DNA from: Candidatus Heimdallarchaeota archaeon
Lineage (GTDB): Archaea > Asgardarchaeota > Heimdallarchaeia > Hodarchaeales > Hodarchaeaceae
Length of the DNA: 64,000 bases
NCBI GenBank assembly: GCA_011364965.1
Contig: RDOB01000004.1
Span: forward strand, 180,369 to 244,368
Direction: 5' to 3'
The first letter of the stretch is position 1. The number at the start of each line of letters is the position of its first letter. Below, piece after piece: positions 39,251-48,518 of this stretch. The notes below the pieces were generated by a model. That model did not search any database, was not told the DNA's origin, and worked only from the letters and a program-made list of their open reading frames with translations. The position numbers and the translations under genes were made by a program.

Positions 39251-39628
39251 TCAAATTCCCGCCAACTCTTTTATTCGAGTTGCTAAATTATCTATTTTAG
39301 CTTTTGCTTCGCCTTCCTTGACTATTGAGCAGCTAGCAGTCTTTACACCAAGATTACAGGCTTTTCCGAGTGAATCCTTGCTTTCCACAAATAGGTAAGG
39401 TATTTTTTTGTCCTTACACAGAAGGGGTAAATGAGCAACAATTTCTGGAGGATCCACGTCCATTGCAATGAATACTAATCGTGCATCTCCACGTTCGATA
39501 CTTTTTGTAGTCTCATTTGTACCTTTACGAATATTTTCAGGATCTGTACTTACAGTTTCCAGCACAGTTAAGGCATCATTTTCTAGGCCATCAGGTTGAT
39601 CATAATTTACAAAAAATGGTTTACTCAT
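39251..39628 (-). CDS. rpl7ae: 50S ribosomal protein L7Ae
   Basis: KGTNETTK..ERG.A.LV.IA.DVDPPEIVAHLP.LC. Confidence 0.97.
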   Translation of the reverse strand: MSKPFFVNYDQPDGLENDALTVLETVSTDPENIRKGTNETTKSIERGDARLVFIAMDVDPPEIVAHLPLLCKDKKIPYLFVESKDSLGKACNLGVKTASCSIVKEGEAKAKIDNLATRIKELAGI

Positions 39629-39635
39629 ATGATTG

Positions 39636-39687
39636 CGACCTCCAGGGTCTTATTTCGAATTGAATAGTCATACCCAATCCTTGGTCG
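39636..39687 (-). promoter_or_regulatory. Tandem K-turn hairpin in the rpl7ae 5' UTR covering the Shine-Dalgarno
   Basis: Minus strand CGACC-AAG-GA-TT-GGG-TAT-GA-CTATT...AATAA-GA-CCC-TG-GA-GGTCG: two 3-nt bulge + tandem G:A motifs; GGAGGT lies in the 3' strand. Confidence 0.75.
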
Positions 39688-39770
39688 GGCATTTTAAACG
39701 CTCTACTCGTAATAATAAAAAGGTTCGTTAAGACCTATCAGAAAAAGAATGTGTTTTTTCAATTATATTT

Positions 39771-40910
39771 TCATTTCTTCTCTCGCTGAAGGTATTCCTT
39801 TGGATTAATGCCATAATAATGCAAAATTTCAGCCGTTTTTCCTGTAATCACAAGCGGTGCGTGTTTCAATTCATTAATTGACTGACAACCTGTTAAAAAA
39901 CATGTTAATCGAATTTGATATTCAATTTCCTTGATCAGCGCGATTACGGCATCTGTAGAATGAGATTGAGTAGCAAAAAGGAATGGGATTGCCATCCCAG
40001 CTGCATCAGCTCCAAGAGCAATTAATTTTGCGACATCCAATCCATTTCTTACTCCTCCTGACCCAATTATTACACCTTCAAAATTTTTTGTCGATAAAAT
40101 AGTACTAATTGCTGTGGGAATTCCCCAATCCCAGAAGATTTCTCCAGCTTTCTTTAGTAGAGGAGTGTTGGCACGAATTGATTCTACTCCAGCCCATGAA
40201 GTTCCACCAACACCTTGAATATCTATCGCAGAGAATCCCATCTCTTTGATTGATTTTATATCTTTGAGGCTAAATCCTGATCCGACTTCTTTGGCAATAA
40301 CAGGAACTTTGCTACTTTTAATTATTCTTGTGGTTTTAGCTATCAATTCTTTAAGATCAGTATCGCCTTCAGGTTGGATAGCTTCTTGTAATGGATTGAA
40401 ATGGATAGCAACTGCTGTTGCTGAAATCATATCTGCAATTTCATTAAACTCATCCCCTGATAATCCAAGTGCTATCTGTCCCGCTCCAATATTTCCTATG
40501 ATCAGAGAATCAGGTGCTTGTTCTCTGACAATCTTAAATGTCTCTCTGAGATCTTTATCTTCTAAAGCTGCCCGTTGACTTCCTACACCCATTCCGATAC
40601 CTAATTTATTAGCTGCTTTAGATAAAAAATGATTTAATTTGTAAGCAAAATCATGCCCTCCAGTCATCCCAGATATTACCAAAGGTATATTTAGTTTCTT
40701 GCCAAATATTTCAGTAGATATATCAATTTCGTTTAAAGAAAGCTGAGTTGTAGCTCGATGGATAAAAGAAATGTCATCTAAGCCAGTTGTTACTGTTTGA
40801 GCTTGAACATCGTGTTCTAAACATATCTGAAGATGAGCTAATTTTCTATCTGAAGTGATAGATTCTTTTTCGTCCGCTTGATCTTTCGATTTTGTATATT
40901 GAATTTCCAT
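39771..40910 (-). CDS. fni: Type 2 isopentenyl-diphosphate isomerase
   Basis: RK..HL.IC, MTGG, GVGSQR, N.G, H.N.LQE..QPEGD, KEVG.G, GGTSW, SGG.RNG.D. Confidence 0.96.
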   Translation of the reverse strand: MEIQYTKSKDQADEKESITSDRKLAHLQICLEHDVQAQTVTTGLDDISFIHRATTQLSLNEIDISTEIFGKKLNIPLVISGMTGGHDFAYKLNHFLSKAANKLGIGMGVGSQRAALEDKDLRETFKIVREQAPDSLIIGNIGAGQIALGLSGDEFNEIADMISATAVAIHFNPLQEAIQPEGDTDLKELIAKTTRIIKSSKVPVIAKEVGSGFSLKDIKSIKEMGFSAIDIQGVGGTSWAGVESIRANTPLLKKAGEIFWDWGIPTAISTILSTKNFEGVIIGSGGVRNGLDVAKLIALGADAAGMAIPFLFATQSHSTDAVIALIKEIEYQIRLTCFLTGCQSINELKHAPLVITGKTAEILHYYGINPKEYLQREKK

Positions 40911-40942
40911 TCACCATTCGCTCGCTATTCACATATTTTTCT

Positions 40943-41530
40943 TCACTCTGATTTTTTTCTTTCATTCCAACGTTTAAAACTAGTATTAGGGATATTCAAG
41001 CAATCTAATACTTTACCTGTGATGAAATTGTACAAATCCTGAAGTGATTGAGGATTATGATAAAATCCGGGAGCTAGGGGGAGAATAGTTGCACCATAGG
41101 TGGCTAATTTTGCTAGGTTGTGAAGGCATGCAGGGCTTACTGGGGTTTCACGGAATGCTACAATCAGAGATTTACGCATTTTTAGCATATTATCTGCAGC
41201 ACGAGAGATTAAATCTCCTGTATACCCATTTGCAATGTTACTCACGGATTTCACTGTAGCAGGAATGACTATCATACCATCAACAAGGAATGAACTACTT
41301 GATATTGATGCACTCATATTTTTATTATCATAGAGATAGTTTACGAGACTCTCAAGGTCTGAGAGCTTTAGTTCTGTTTCATCAGCTAACACATAATTTG
41401 CCCACTCACTTGTAATAACATGAACTTCTATTCCATTTGCTTTAAGAGCTTTAATAACCTCTATACCGTAGATAATCCCAGAAGCTCCAGTCAAGCCTAC
41501 AATAATTCTTTTAGACTCCAAATCACACAC
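40943..41530 (-). CDS. ubiX: Flavin prenyltransferase UbiX
   Basis: G.TGASG..YG, A.ISS.S, L..RAAD..LK, RETP, P.FY..P. Confidence 0.93.
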   Translation of the reverse strand: MCDLESKRIIVGLTGASGIIYGIEVIKALKANGIEVHVITSEWANYVLADETELKLSDLESLVNYLYDNKNMSASISSSSFLVDGMIVIPATVKSVSNIANGYTGDLISRAADNMLKMRKSLIVAFRETPVSPACLHNLAKLATYGATILPLAPGFYHNPQSLQDLYNFITGKVLDCLNIPNTSFKRWNERKKSE

Positions 41531-41641
41531 TCACCAGATGAGAATGGAATATCTGTTTCAAATTCTGAAAGTTTGAGGGGTAATTAATAATTGTGTCCTA
41601 CTTTGAGGAAATAATAAAATTATTATTATTTTATTTCAATC

Positions 41642-41812
41642 TTACTCCTTTTCTAGCTTAATCCCTTCTTGTGTAATTCCAATGTCAATAAGCATTATAC
41701 CATGATCTTTCCATTCTTGAATAACCATTTCAGAAGCTCTTTTACTAAAAGCTACTCCAATACTACATCACCCCCTTCGACACCTGAAAATTTTGCAACA
41801 GCTCCATTTCAT
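41642..41812 (-). pseudogene. Remnant of a GHMP kinase, most like MvaK2-type phosphomevalonate kinase (C-terminal about 55 codons)
   Basis: Minus strand reads NGAVAKFSGVEGGD, then after a 1-nt frameshift SIGVAFSKRASEMVIQEWKDHGIMLIDIGITQEGIKLEKE*; preceded by AGGAGA + ATG out of frame; not in the ORF track. Confidence 0.7.
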
Positions 41813-41979
41813 TAGTATCTTCTCCTATTTGAAAGCTCGTTTGAATTTATTATGTTCTATGTAAATCAACCCTTAATTAAGCTCCTCGTTGAGAAAAGCA
41901 AAAATAAAATATTAGAAAAAAAGAAGTTTTTATGGTCTCAGGAACGGAGAATAGAGAAAGAAAGGGGAGAAAGAATGAT

Positions 41980-42369
41980 TTATTGGACTTGAACTGTTGC
42001 ATTATTCGCATCGATTGAAAGTTTCATACCAGTAGAAATTTGGGAAATATCAATCTGATCTACACAAGGAATCTCCCCGATAATACATCCAACTGCAACA
42101 ATGGCTTCGCAATCTTTAAGAATAAGCCCCTTCGGACCCTTACCAGTTTTAGCCATTTGATAGAGAACATAGGATCCAACAGTAGATCCTTTACCTGAGG
42201 GAAAGACCAAAATTTTGTCCACGATGCTTTGGCCTTCTAATTCATGGCCTTTTTCAACTACAATACCATTTTCTGGATCAACACCACCGTAAAAAGAAAT
42301 ACTTTGAGTGGTAACCAAAGCTTCTCCTTCAGTTTTACCTTTGTAGATTCTTCTACCTGTTAATTTCAT
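41980..42369 (-). CDS. Phosphomevalonate dehydratase small subunit (AcnX swivel domain, DUF126)
   Basis: G...GEALV....ISF.GGVDP..G...E..H.L.G.S...KILVFP.GKGSTVGSY; TAATG overlap with large subunit. Confidence 0.92.
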   Translation of the reverse strand: MKLTGRRIYKGKTEGEALVTTQSISFYGGVDPENGIVVEKGHELEGQSIVDKILVFPSGKGSTVGSYVLYQMAKTGKGPKGLILKDCEAIVAVGCIIGEIPCVDQIDISQISTGMKLSIDANNATVQVQ

Positions 42370-43565
42370 TATTCCATAGCCTCCTCTAAACATTTATCCA
42401 TCGACATTAGCTTCACAGAAAATTTATTCCGACCCGATCCATAATAACACATCTTAGCTGAATCGGATGCTAATCCATGGAAACGACCCTTTATAGGAGC
42501 GACAACACAGCAGGTATCAGCAGCAATTTTCGCACCAGAGTCCTCAATCATCTTTGTGAACCCCATACGATCTGCAATCTGTTTTGTTGGACGAGCAGTT
42601 GTAATCCAAACTTCTTTCTTGGGATTGATTTTCTTCCCTTCAAGTTTCTTGGCAATATATTCTAATTCAGATAATGAAGCATGGGGACAGCCAAGACTGA
42701 TGAAATCTATTTCAGTGTCATCATCTAACTCGCTGAAGGCTTTTTTCATATCAGCATCAGTAACATCTATGCTTTCATCAGGAATTTTCTTGACTCTATC
42801 AGGAGTAATTCCTTCCATGTGGAAAAGTGCCACACCGCCATATGTAGCATAAGAGGCACAGAACGATTTAAGCTCTTCAACAGTTGCTTTAGGAATACCA
42901 GTAATGTAGGTTATTTTATCACCTAAACGGTCCCCTAAAACCTTTCCCAAAGCACCGAACTGGTAAGTACCTTTAACCTGTGTTTTAACATTAATACGAA
43001 TTTCGGGTTGACGATTCTCCTCAAGATGAAATCCGTATTCGGGGGTTTTACCAACAAGAGCAGCACTCAGAGCACTAGGTCCGCCTTCACGATTCGTACG
43101 CGCACCTAAAACAGAGTTAGCGTAACAAACTGCACTACTTTCCGACCAAGCAATGTGTTGACCATAATGAGGCAGATTTCCATATAAATAGGGGGTACAG
43201 GAACATGTAGTAATAATTCCCATCCTTCCAAAGGCATCAACAACTCGCTGTTGATTCCTAGCAAACTCTTCATTAATAGCAAGTTTTCTCCATTCTTCTA
43301 GATCCATTCCTGCGGGATTCAGGGTGGTAAAAACTCGCACTCTGCCATCGTTGGCCATATCTGCTAGCCAATCAAGGCCTGGTTCATTTAAATTAGCATA
43401 GCTGACACCTGCTACTTGAACAGATGTTATTTCAATTAAACGCTTTGCGCCGTAAATTTCACCTAAAGTTATCAAAATTTCCATTGCTTTTCTAGTAGCT
43501 TCTCCATATTTCCCTTCAGCCATTTCTTGTTCTTCAGTAGTAAGTTCCATTTTCTTTAACCTCAT
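42369..43565 (-). CDS. Phosphomevalonate dehydratase large subunit (aconitase X, DUF521)
   Basis: GVSY, TTLNP, C.CTPY, AWSESSAV..ANSVLGARTNREGGP, GCPH.S, DTC.VVAP, SAK..Y. Confidence 0.92.
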   Translation of the reverse strand: MRLKKMELTTEEQEMAEGKYGEATRKAMEILITLGEIYGAKRLIEITSVQVAGVSYANLNEPGLDWLADMANDGRVRVFTTLNPAGMDLEEWRKLAINEEFARNQQRVVDAFGRMGIITTCSCTPYLYGNLPHYGQHIAWSESSAVCYANSVLGARTNREGGPSALSAALVGKTPEYGFHLEENRQPEIRINVKTQVKGTYQFGALGKVLGDRLGDKITYITGIPKATVEELKSFCASYATYGGVALFHMEGITPDRVKKIPDESIDVTDADMKKAFSELDDDTEIDFISLGCPHASLSELEYIAKKLEGKKINPKKEVWITTARPTKQIADRMGFTKMIEDSGAKIAADTCCVVAPIKGRFHGLASDSAKMCYYGSGRNKFSVKLMSMDKCLEEAME

Positions 43566-44872
43566 TATTCAATATAATCTCTCAAATCCACCTTGGGAAA
43601 TTCTGCTTTAGCAAATCCCTTACCCTTGGTAACTAGGGGAGCTGTAAAATCGAATCCCACTTTATTAGTGATCTTTGTTCCAGGTTCAGCGCTTGGATCA
43701 AGGCTTGACCCAGGTTCTTTCCCTATATCTACAAGACCACTTTCAGCTTGGAATCGTGTCGCCATAGACCATTCTACTTCAAGCGGGTCATAAATATTAA
43801 TGTCTTTATCTACTACAAAGACATGTTTACAACTACGATGCCCCTGAAACGCGGCGTGAATCGCTTTCTTTCCATCATCCTCATTTTGTTTATCAATTTT
43901 TACAATAGCATGTAACCAAGATGATCCCCCAGGGTTCACGTTGACATCCAGGCATTTCACACCTGCTTCATTCACCGCTTTGTAAATTGTAGGTTCACGA
44001 GGCATTCCCATTAGGACTTTATGCTCTAAAGCGCCGGGTAAGAGGGCCTGCCAAATCGGGTTTTTGCGATGAGTGATTCTCCTAACCTCAAAGACAGGTT
44101 CTTCGCGAACTATATCATAGGTTTCAGTCAGATCTATGAATGGCCCTTCATTTGAGCGATCATTCATAAATACTCTTCCTTCAAGTACAAACTCGCATCC
44201 TGCAGGAATAATTAGATCAAGAGTAGTCGCTTTTGTAACTTCCATTGGAGAAAGAGCATTAGCTATTTCCAATTCATTTATCCCTGTTTTCACCGAGGTT
44301 GCTGCGGCGACCAATACATTAGGAGTATTCCCAACACAATAAGCTGCATCTACTTCCCCATTTTTCTCAAGGAATTTATAAAAGTCCCGTCCTTTGATTA
44401 TACGGGTACTCATTCGATTCGCAGAGAATTGCATCGCACGATGAAAGTCAAGATTCTGCCCAAATTCTGAATCTTTGGTTACCACAACTGCAGAAGAGAT
44501 ATATCGTCCGCCATCACTTTCATTATGTTTTAAAATGGGCAATTTGTCAAGATTGACGCCATTCATGACGACCTCCTGACAGGGAGCGTTGGTTATTACC
44601 TCTGGTGGGCTTCGTTTATCAATTGCTTCCGTAAGTCTCGGAATCAACTGGGATGTTGTAATTCCGAAATAATCTGCGATACTAGTTTTTGTACAAAAAA
44701 CATTCCCAGCCACACGAAAATTAGGATATCCTTTGACATTTTCAAATAGTAGAGGGGTAGGTTCTGCTGTTTTTAGGACAGCAGCTGCTTCAATATCTAT
44801 ACTAACTTCTTTTTTAATTTTCGTGATGGAACTATTTTTATCAAGTTTTTCTATATACTCTCTAAAATGCAT
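43565..44872 (-). CDS. UbiD-family decarboxylase, probable anhydromevalonate-phosphate decarboxylase
   Basis: LP.L.H...DGG.YI, N...HR, E.VLEG, EGPF.D.T..YD, VVD.DI..YD...VEW..ATR.Q, SSLDPS; operon context with mvk and acnX. Confidence 0.88.
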   Translation of the reverse strand: MHFREYIEKLDKNSSITKIKKEVSIDIEAAAVLKTAEPTPLLFENVKGYPNFRVAGNVFCTKTSIADYFGITTSQLIPRLTEAIDKRSPPEVITNAPCQEVVMNGVNLDKLPILKHNESDGGRYISSAVVVTKDSEFGQNLDFHRAMQFSANRMSTRIIKGRDFYKFLEKNGEVDAAYCVGNTPNVLVAAATSVKTGINELEIANALSPMEVTKATTLDLIIPAGCEFVLEGRVFMNDRSNEGPFIDLTETYDIVREEPVFEVRRITHRKNPIWQALLPGALEHKVLMGMPREPTIYKAVNEAGVKCLDVNVNPGGSSWLHAIVKIDKQNEDDGKKAIHAAFQGHRSCKHVFVVDKDINIYDPLEVEWSMATRFQAESGLVDIGKEPGSSLDPSAEPGTKITNKVGFDFTAPLVTKGKGFAKAEFPKVDLRDYIE

Positions 44873-44907
44873 TTTTTATCACCAAATAATGTTTTATTTC
44901 ATAAAAT

Positions 44908-45846
44908 TCAGACTCCAATTTTTGTTTTCCATGCAGGGAATCCTGCATTTGTAAGTGATTTGTAGACTTTATCTTGAAGTTCAGCTCCAGGGGTTAAGCA
45001 GTTAATATTTCCCCCACGACCGGTACCAGTTACTTTAGCCCCGAGAGCACCCGCTTTTCTAGCAATCTTAACCATTTTATCTAACTTCTCATTGGAAACG
45101 GTTATTTGCTGAAGTAAACCATGATTTTTATTCATTAATTGACCAACTCGTTCTAAATCCATTTCATCAAGAGCTTGTCGAGCTTCCTTCATAACATCTT
45201 GATACTCTTTTATTATCTTATCAAACCAATCAGGATTTTCTTCTTTCTTTTTCCGAACATCAGCTACGACCACACTCGTATTAGCTGTCATACCTGAGCT
45301 TGCAATTACCATCTCCACTGGTTTTGCAACTTTGATTGTTTCCATGGTGTTTGACCCACCTTCTAGATTTTTCACAAAATATACTAGTCCTCCGAAGGTG
45401 GATGCCGTATTATCGATTCCACTTGGCGTACCATGATATCCTTTCTCTCCCTCATATGCAGCTTCGTTTATTTTGTGATCATCCCATCCTAGATTTAATT
45501 CATCGTTTATAGCACGAGCTAAGGCAACACAACTGGCTGCAGAGGCCCCAACACCACTTGCACAAGTTAAATTTCCTCCAAGAGTGATATCGAGATGCTT
45601 TCGTTCCAAATCTACGCCCATATAATCTATTATATTTTTTATTGATATTTTTTGTTCATCAAATTTTTTCTCTTTATAACCAGGCACTTCTGGCCTGTCA
45701 TCTATGAGGTTGTACCCTCGTCCTTCAGTTATCTTTACCTCTGCATCAGTAGAATCCCCAATTGCAGAAGCAAGAGCGGGTAAACCATACACAACGAAAT
45801 GTTCACCAAAAAGGATCGTTTTACCGAATCCAGAACCTTTTCCCAT
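44908..45846 (-). CDS. mvk: Mevalonate kinase
   Basis: GK.ILFGEHFVVYG.PA, SG.G.SAA, HG.PSGIDN, GAK.TGTGRGG. Confidence 0.93.
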   Translation of the reverse strand: MGKGSGFGKTILFGEHFVVYGLPALASAIGDSTDAEVKITEGRGYNLIDDRPEVPGYKEKKFDEQKISIKNIIDYMGVDLERKHLDITLGGNLTCASGVGASAASCVALARAINDELNLGWDDHKINEAAYEGEKGYHGTPSGIDNTASTFGGLVYFVKNLEGGSNTMETIKVAKPVEMVIASSGMTANTSVVVADVRKKKEENPDWFDKIIKEYQDVMKEARQALDEMDLERVGQLMNKNHGLLQQITVSNEKLDKMVKIARKAGALGAKVTGTGRGGNINCLTPGAELQDKVYKSLTNAGFPAWKTKIGV

Positions 45847-46104
45847 TATTAAGTTCTCCTATATTAAAAACTAAATCTCTAATGAGATCTATAATTACTT
45901 TTAGTGTTATTTTATCACTAATCTAAAAATCTTCTACTGTAATTATTATCTTCAAATTGCCACTATGGATTGAAGTTGACACTTAAAGCTATTTTTTTTT
46001 CTTGATAGAGAGTAGGGTTGGTTTATTCATCTCAAGAATTGGAAGTTGTCCATTATATGGTGGGAAAGAAAAATTGAAATAGCTGTTCTTGATAGCTTCC
46101 TATC

Positions 46105-47298
46105 ATGAGGACTCTGACAGATGTACAGTTGGAGGGAAAAGTCTGCTTAACTCGTGTTGATCTAAACTGTCCCCTTGATGAGAATTTGAATCTTTTAGAT
46201 ATAACTCGAATAAAAGCTCATGCAGAGACTATCAAATTCATCTCTGACAGAAAGGGGAAGGTTGTAGTTATTGCACACCAAGGACGTCCAGGAAGCTCGG
46301 ATTTTAGTAGTTTAAAGCTCCACGCGGAAAGCTTGGGAAAAATTCTTGGTGCCAAATATACTGTGGTTTTTATTGCCAAAACTCATGGTCCCGAAGTGGA
46401 AAATAGAATTAGAAAAATGAAATTGGGGGAGATACTGGTACTAGAAAATGTGAGAATGGTTGAAAATGAAACTAAAGAGAAACCTGCAACTGAACACGCA
46501 CAAGACATTTATATTCAGAGTCTTGCTAAAGTGGGAGATATCTTCGTGAATGATGCCTTTTCAGCTGCACATCGTTCACATGCAAGTTTAGTGGGCTTCA
46601 CTCCTTTAATGCCCTCAGTTGCAGGATTAATAATGGCCAAGGAAGTCCAAAGTCTCCAACGTGTAGTTGAAAACCCTGAAAAACCCTGTGTATTTATTCT
46701 TGGAGGAATTAAACCTGAAGATTCATTTAAAGTAGCTGAACATGTACTTACAAATGATATAGCTGATTATATATTAACAGGAGGTGCTGTGTCTCAAATA
46801 CTACTTGTTGCAACAGGAAAATCTCTTGGGACTCCCTCAATGGACTTTCTAAAGAAAAAGAATTTATTAAAATTCATTGATATCGCTAAATCGCAAATGG
46901 ATCGTTTTGGTGGTAAAATTAAATTTCAATCTGATTTTGCCATTAATGATGGGGGCCGTAGGATTGTAACTTTGAAAGATCTCCCTCTGAACTTTCCAAT
47001 TTTGGACATAGGGAACAAAACTATAGAAGAATTCAAAGAAATCATTAAAAAATCTTCTACCTGTGTTTTAAACGGACCTATGGGAAAATTTGAAGACGAA
47101 GGATTTGATGTTGGTACTGTAGAAGTATTTAAAGCAATGGAAGAATCAAAAGGATTTTCATTGGCTGGTGGGGGGCATAGTGTATCAGTTCTTGACAAAT
47201 ATCAAATTAATCTTTCCTATGTAAGTACTGCGGGTGGTGCAATGATTCAATTTCTTATGGGGAAGCCTTTACCCGCAATTATGGCCCTAAATTCCTAA
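46105..47298 (+). CDS. pgk: Phosphoglycerate kinase
   Basis: RVD.N.P, AHQGRP, LLENVR-like LENVR, NDAFSAAHRSH.S, NGPMG.FE, GGGH, STAGGA. Confidence 0.96.
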   Translation: MRTLTDVQLEGKVCLTRVDLNCPLDENLNLLDITRIKAHAETIKFISDRKGKVVVIAHQGRPGSSDFSSLKLHAESLGKILGAKYTVVFIAKTHGPEVENRIRKMKLGEILVLENVRMVENETKEKPATEHAQDIYIQSLAKVGDIFVNDAFSAAHRSHASLVGFTPLMPSVAGLIMAKEVQSLQRVVENPEKPCVFILGGIKPEDSFKVAEHVLTNDIADYILTGGAVSQILLVATGKSLGTPSMDFLKKKNLLKFIDIAKSQMDRFGGKIKFQSDFAINDGGRRIVTLKDLPLNFPILDIGNKTIEEFKEIIKKSSTCVLNGPMGKFEDEGFDVGTVEVFKAMEESKGFSLAGGGHSVSVLDKYQINLSYVSTAGGAMIQFLMGKPLPAIMALNS

Positions 47299-47433
47299 TA
47301 TATTGAGGAATATTTGAAAGTATGTCAATATTTCATTGGTCCAATAAAAAAATTTGATATCCAAATAAGCGAATAAATAAAAGAATCATAAGAGAAGTAA
47401 GCTACATGACTAGTTTATCAAGAGGAATGACCC

Positions 47434-47961
47434 TTGGATCCAAAAGAAATCGAACAACTGAGAGCAGATTTAGATCTGCTTACCAAAACTGCCCATGTTC
47501 TCGCTTCCAAATTGGAGAAAGTATCTCAGAAGGTTGATGAAATCCTTGCAACAACAGTGGGGGCAGAAGCAGCCCCTTCAGCAGTTAAAACTCCGCCAAC
47601 ACAACCCTCAGCTCCGGTAGCCCCCACACAAGCAGCTACTGTTAAAACCTCAGCTCCAACACCTAAAATAACAACGAGTTCTGCAGATTTTGCTGGTGAT
47701 TCGTCTTCTAAAGCGGGACGCCTTCTTGATGCGTTTCTTGGTCAAGCTCAAACCATGACGAAGGGAAAGGATATCGCAGCTGCTCTTTCGAGATTAAGAG
47801 ATCAGGTTATGCAAACGCCTGGCATGGCTTTTCATCCCGCATTTCACGAGATGGGTAGATACGCTACCCAGATGAAGAGTATTAATCAAATATCAGCAGA
47901 AGAAAAAGAAGCCCTCTTTGAAAAAATCTATGATTGGAAAGCCCGTCTTACAACTACCTAA
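47434..47961 (+). CDS. Uncharacterised protein: coiled coil + Pro/Ala/Thr linker + helical bundle
   Basis: Clean modular composition; RBS-like GAGG upstream; T-rich tail after stop. Confidence 0.7.
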   Translation: MDPKEIEQLRADLDLLTKTAHVLASKLEKVSQKVDEILATTVGAEAAPSAVKTPPTQPSAPVAPTQAATVKTSAPTPKITTSSADFAGDSSSKAGRLLDAFLGQAQTMTKGKDIAAALSRLRDQVMQTPGMAFHPAFHEMGRYATQMKSINQISAEEKEALFEKIYDWKARLTTT

Positions 47962-48005
47962 TTTTTAGATTCTTTATTTGATTAATATAATAATTTTACT
48001 TAACA

Positions 48006-48518
48006 TCAACCCGATCTAACATGATTTCCGCATTTATTACAAAAAAATGCATTAGTAGGAAGACTAGCTCCACAAGAAGGACACTTTTTTCTGGAATCCA
48101 TAAAATTGGTCTCATTAACAAAGAACTTTTCTTTCTCTCGTTCATTAAAGGAAGTTAGAGGAGAAGAGGTTTTGAAAGGGGAAAAGGAGGAATTAGAGGA
48201 TTTAGAAGGGCCAAAATCAAAATTATTTGCATATTGACTTTTGTTTTGTTGAACCTCTAATTTGGAAGAGAGATCATTTAATTGAGCGTTAATCTTGCTA
48301 ATAGAATCAATGAGAGGACAAACGCTTGAATCAAATCCACCACCCAACCCCAATATTTCAGATTCAGGGCTAATTAACTTAAATCCAATTTTTAATCCCT
48401 CAGTACTCTCTGATATGGCAATCCCTTGTTCCAATAATCCACGAATGATTTCTTTAGCCGAATATCCGCGACCTTTGATGATAACTTGCCCCCGAATCTG
48501 ATCCAATGGATTATTCAT
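48006..48518 (-). CDS. Uncharacterised protein with C-terminal zinc ribbon
   Basis: Short coiled coil, Ser-rich linker, CPSCG...FCNKCG. Confidence 0.75.
   Translation of the reverse strand: MNNPLDQIRGQVIIKGRGYSAKEIIRGLLEQGIAISESTEGLKIGFKLISPESEILGLGGGFDSSVCPLIDSISKINAQLNDLSSKLEVQQNKSQYANNFDFGPSKSSNSSFSPFKTSSPLTSFNEREKEKFFVNETNFMDSRKKCPSCGASLPTNAFFCNKCGNHVRSG

Noticed and set aside
39771-45846. UbiD/UbiX as aromatic-acid or quinone pathway genes
   Set aside because: Tight coupling to mvk, both AcnX subunits and fni favours the modified mevalonate pathway
46001-46105. Recurring CTTGATAG/CTATCA as a TrmB-like glycolytic regulon motif (also near 48817 and 61152)
   Set aside because: Only 6-8 bp in AT-rich DNA with inconsistent spacing; not separable from background by eye
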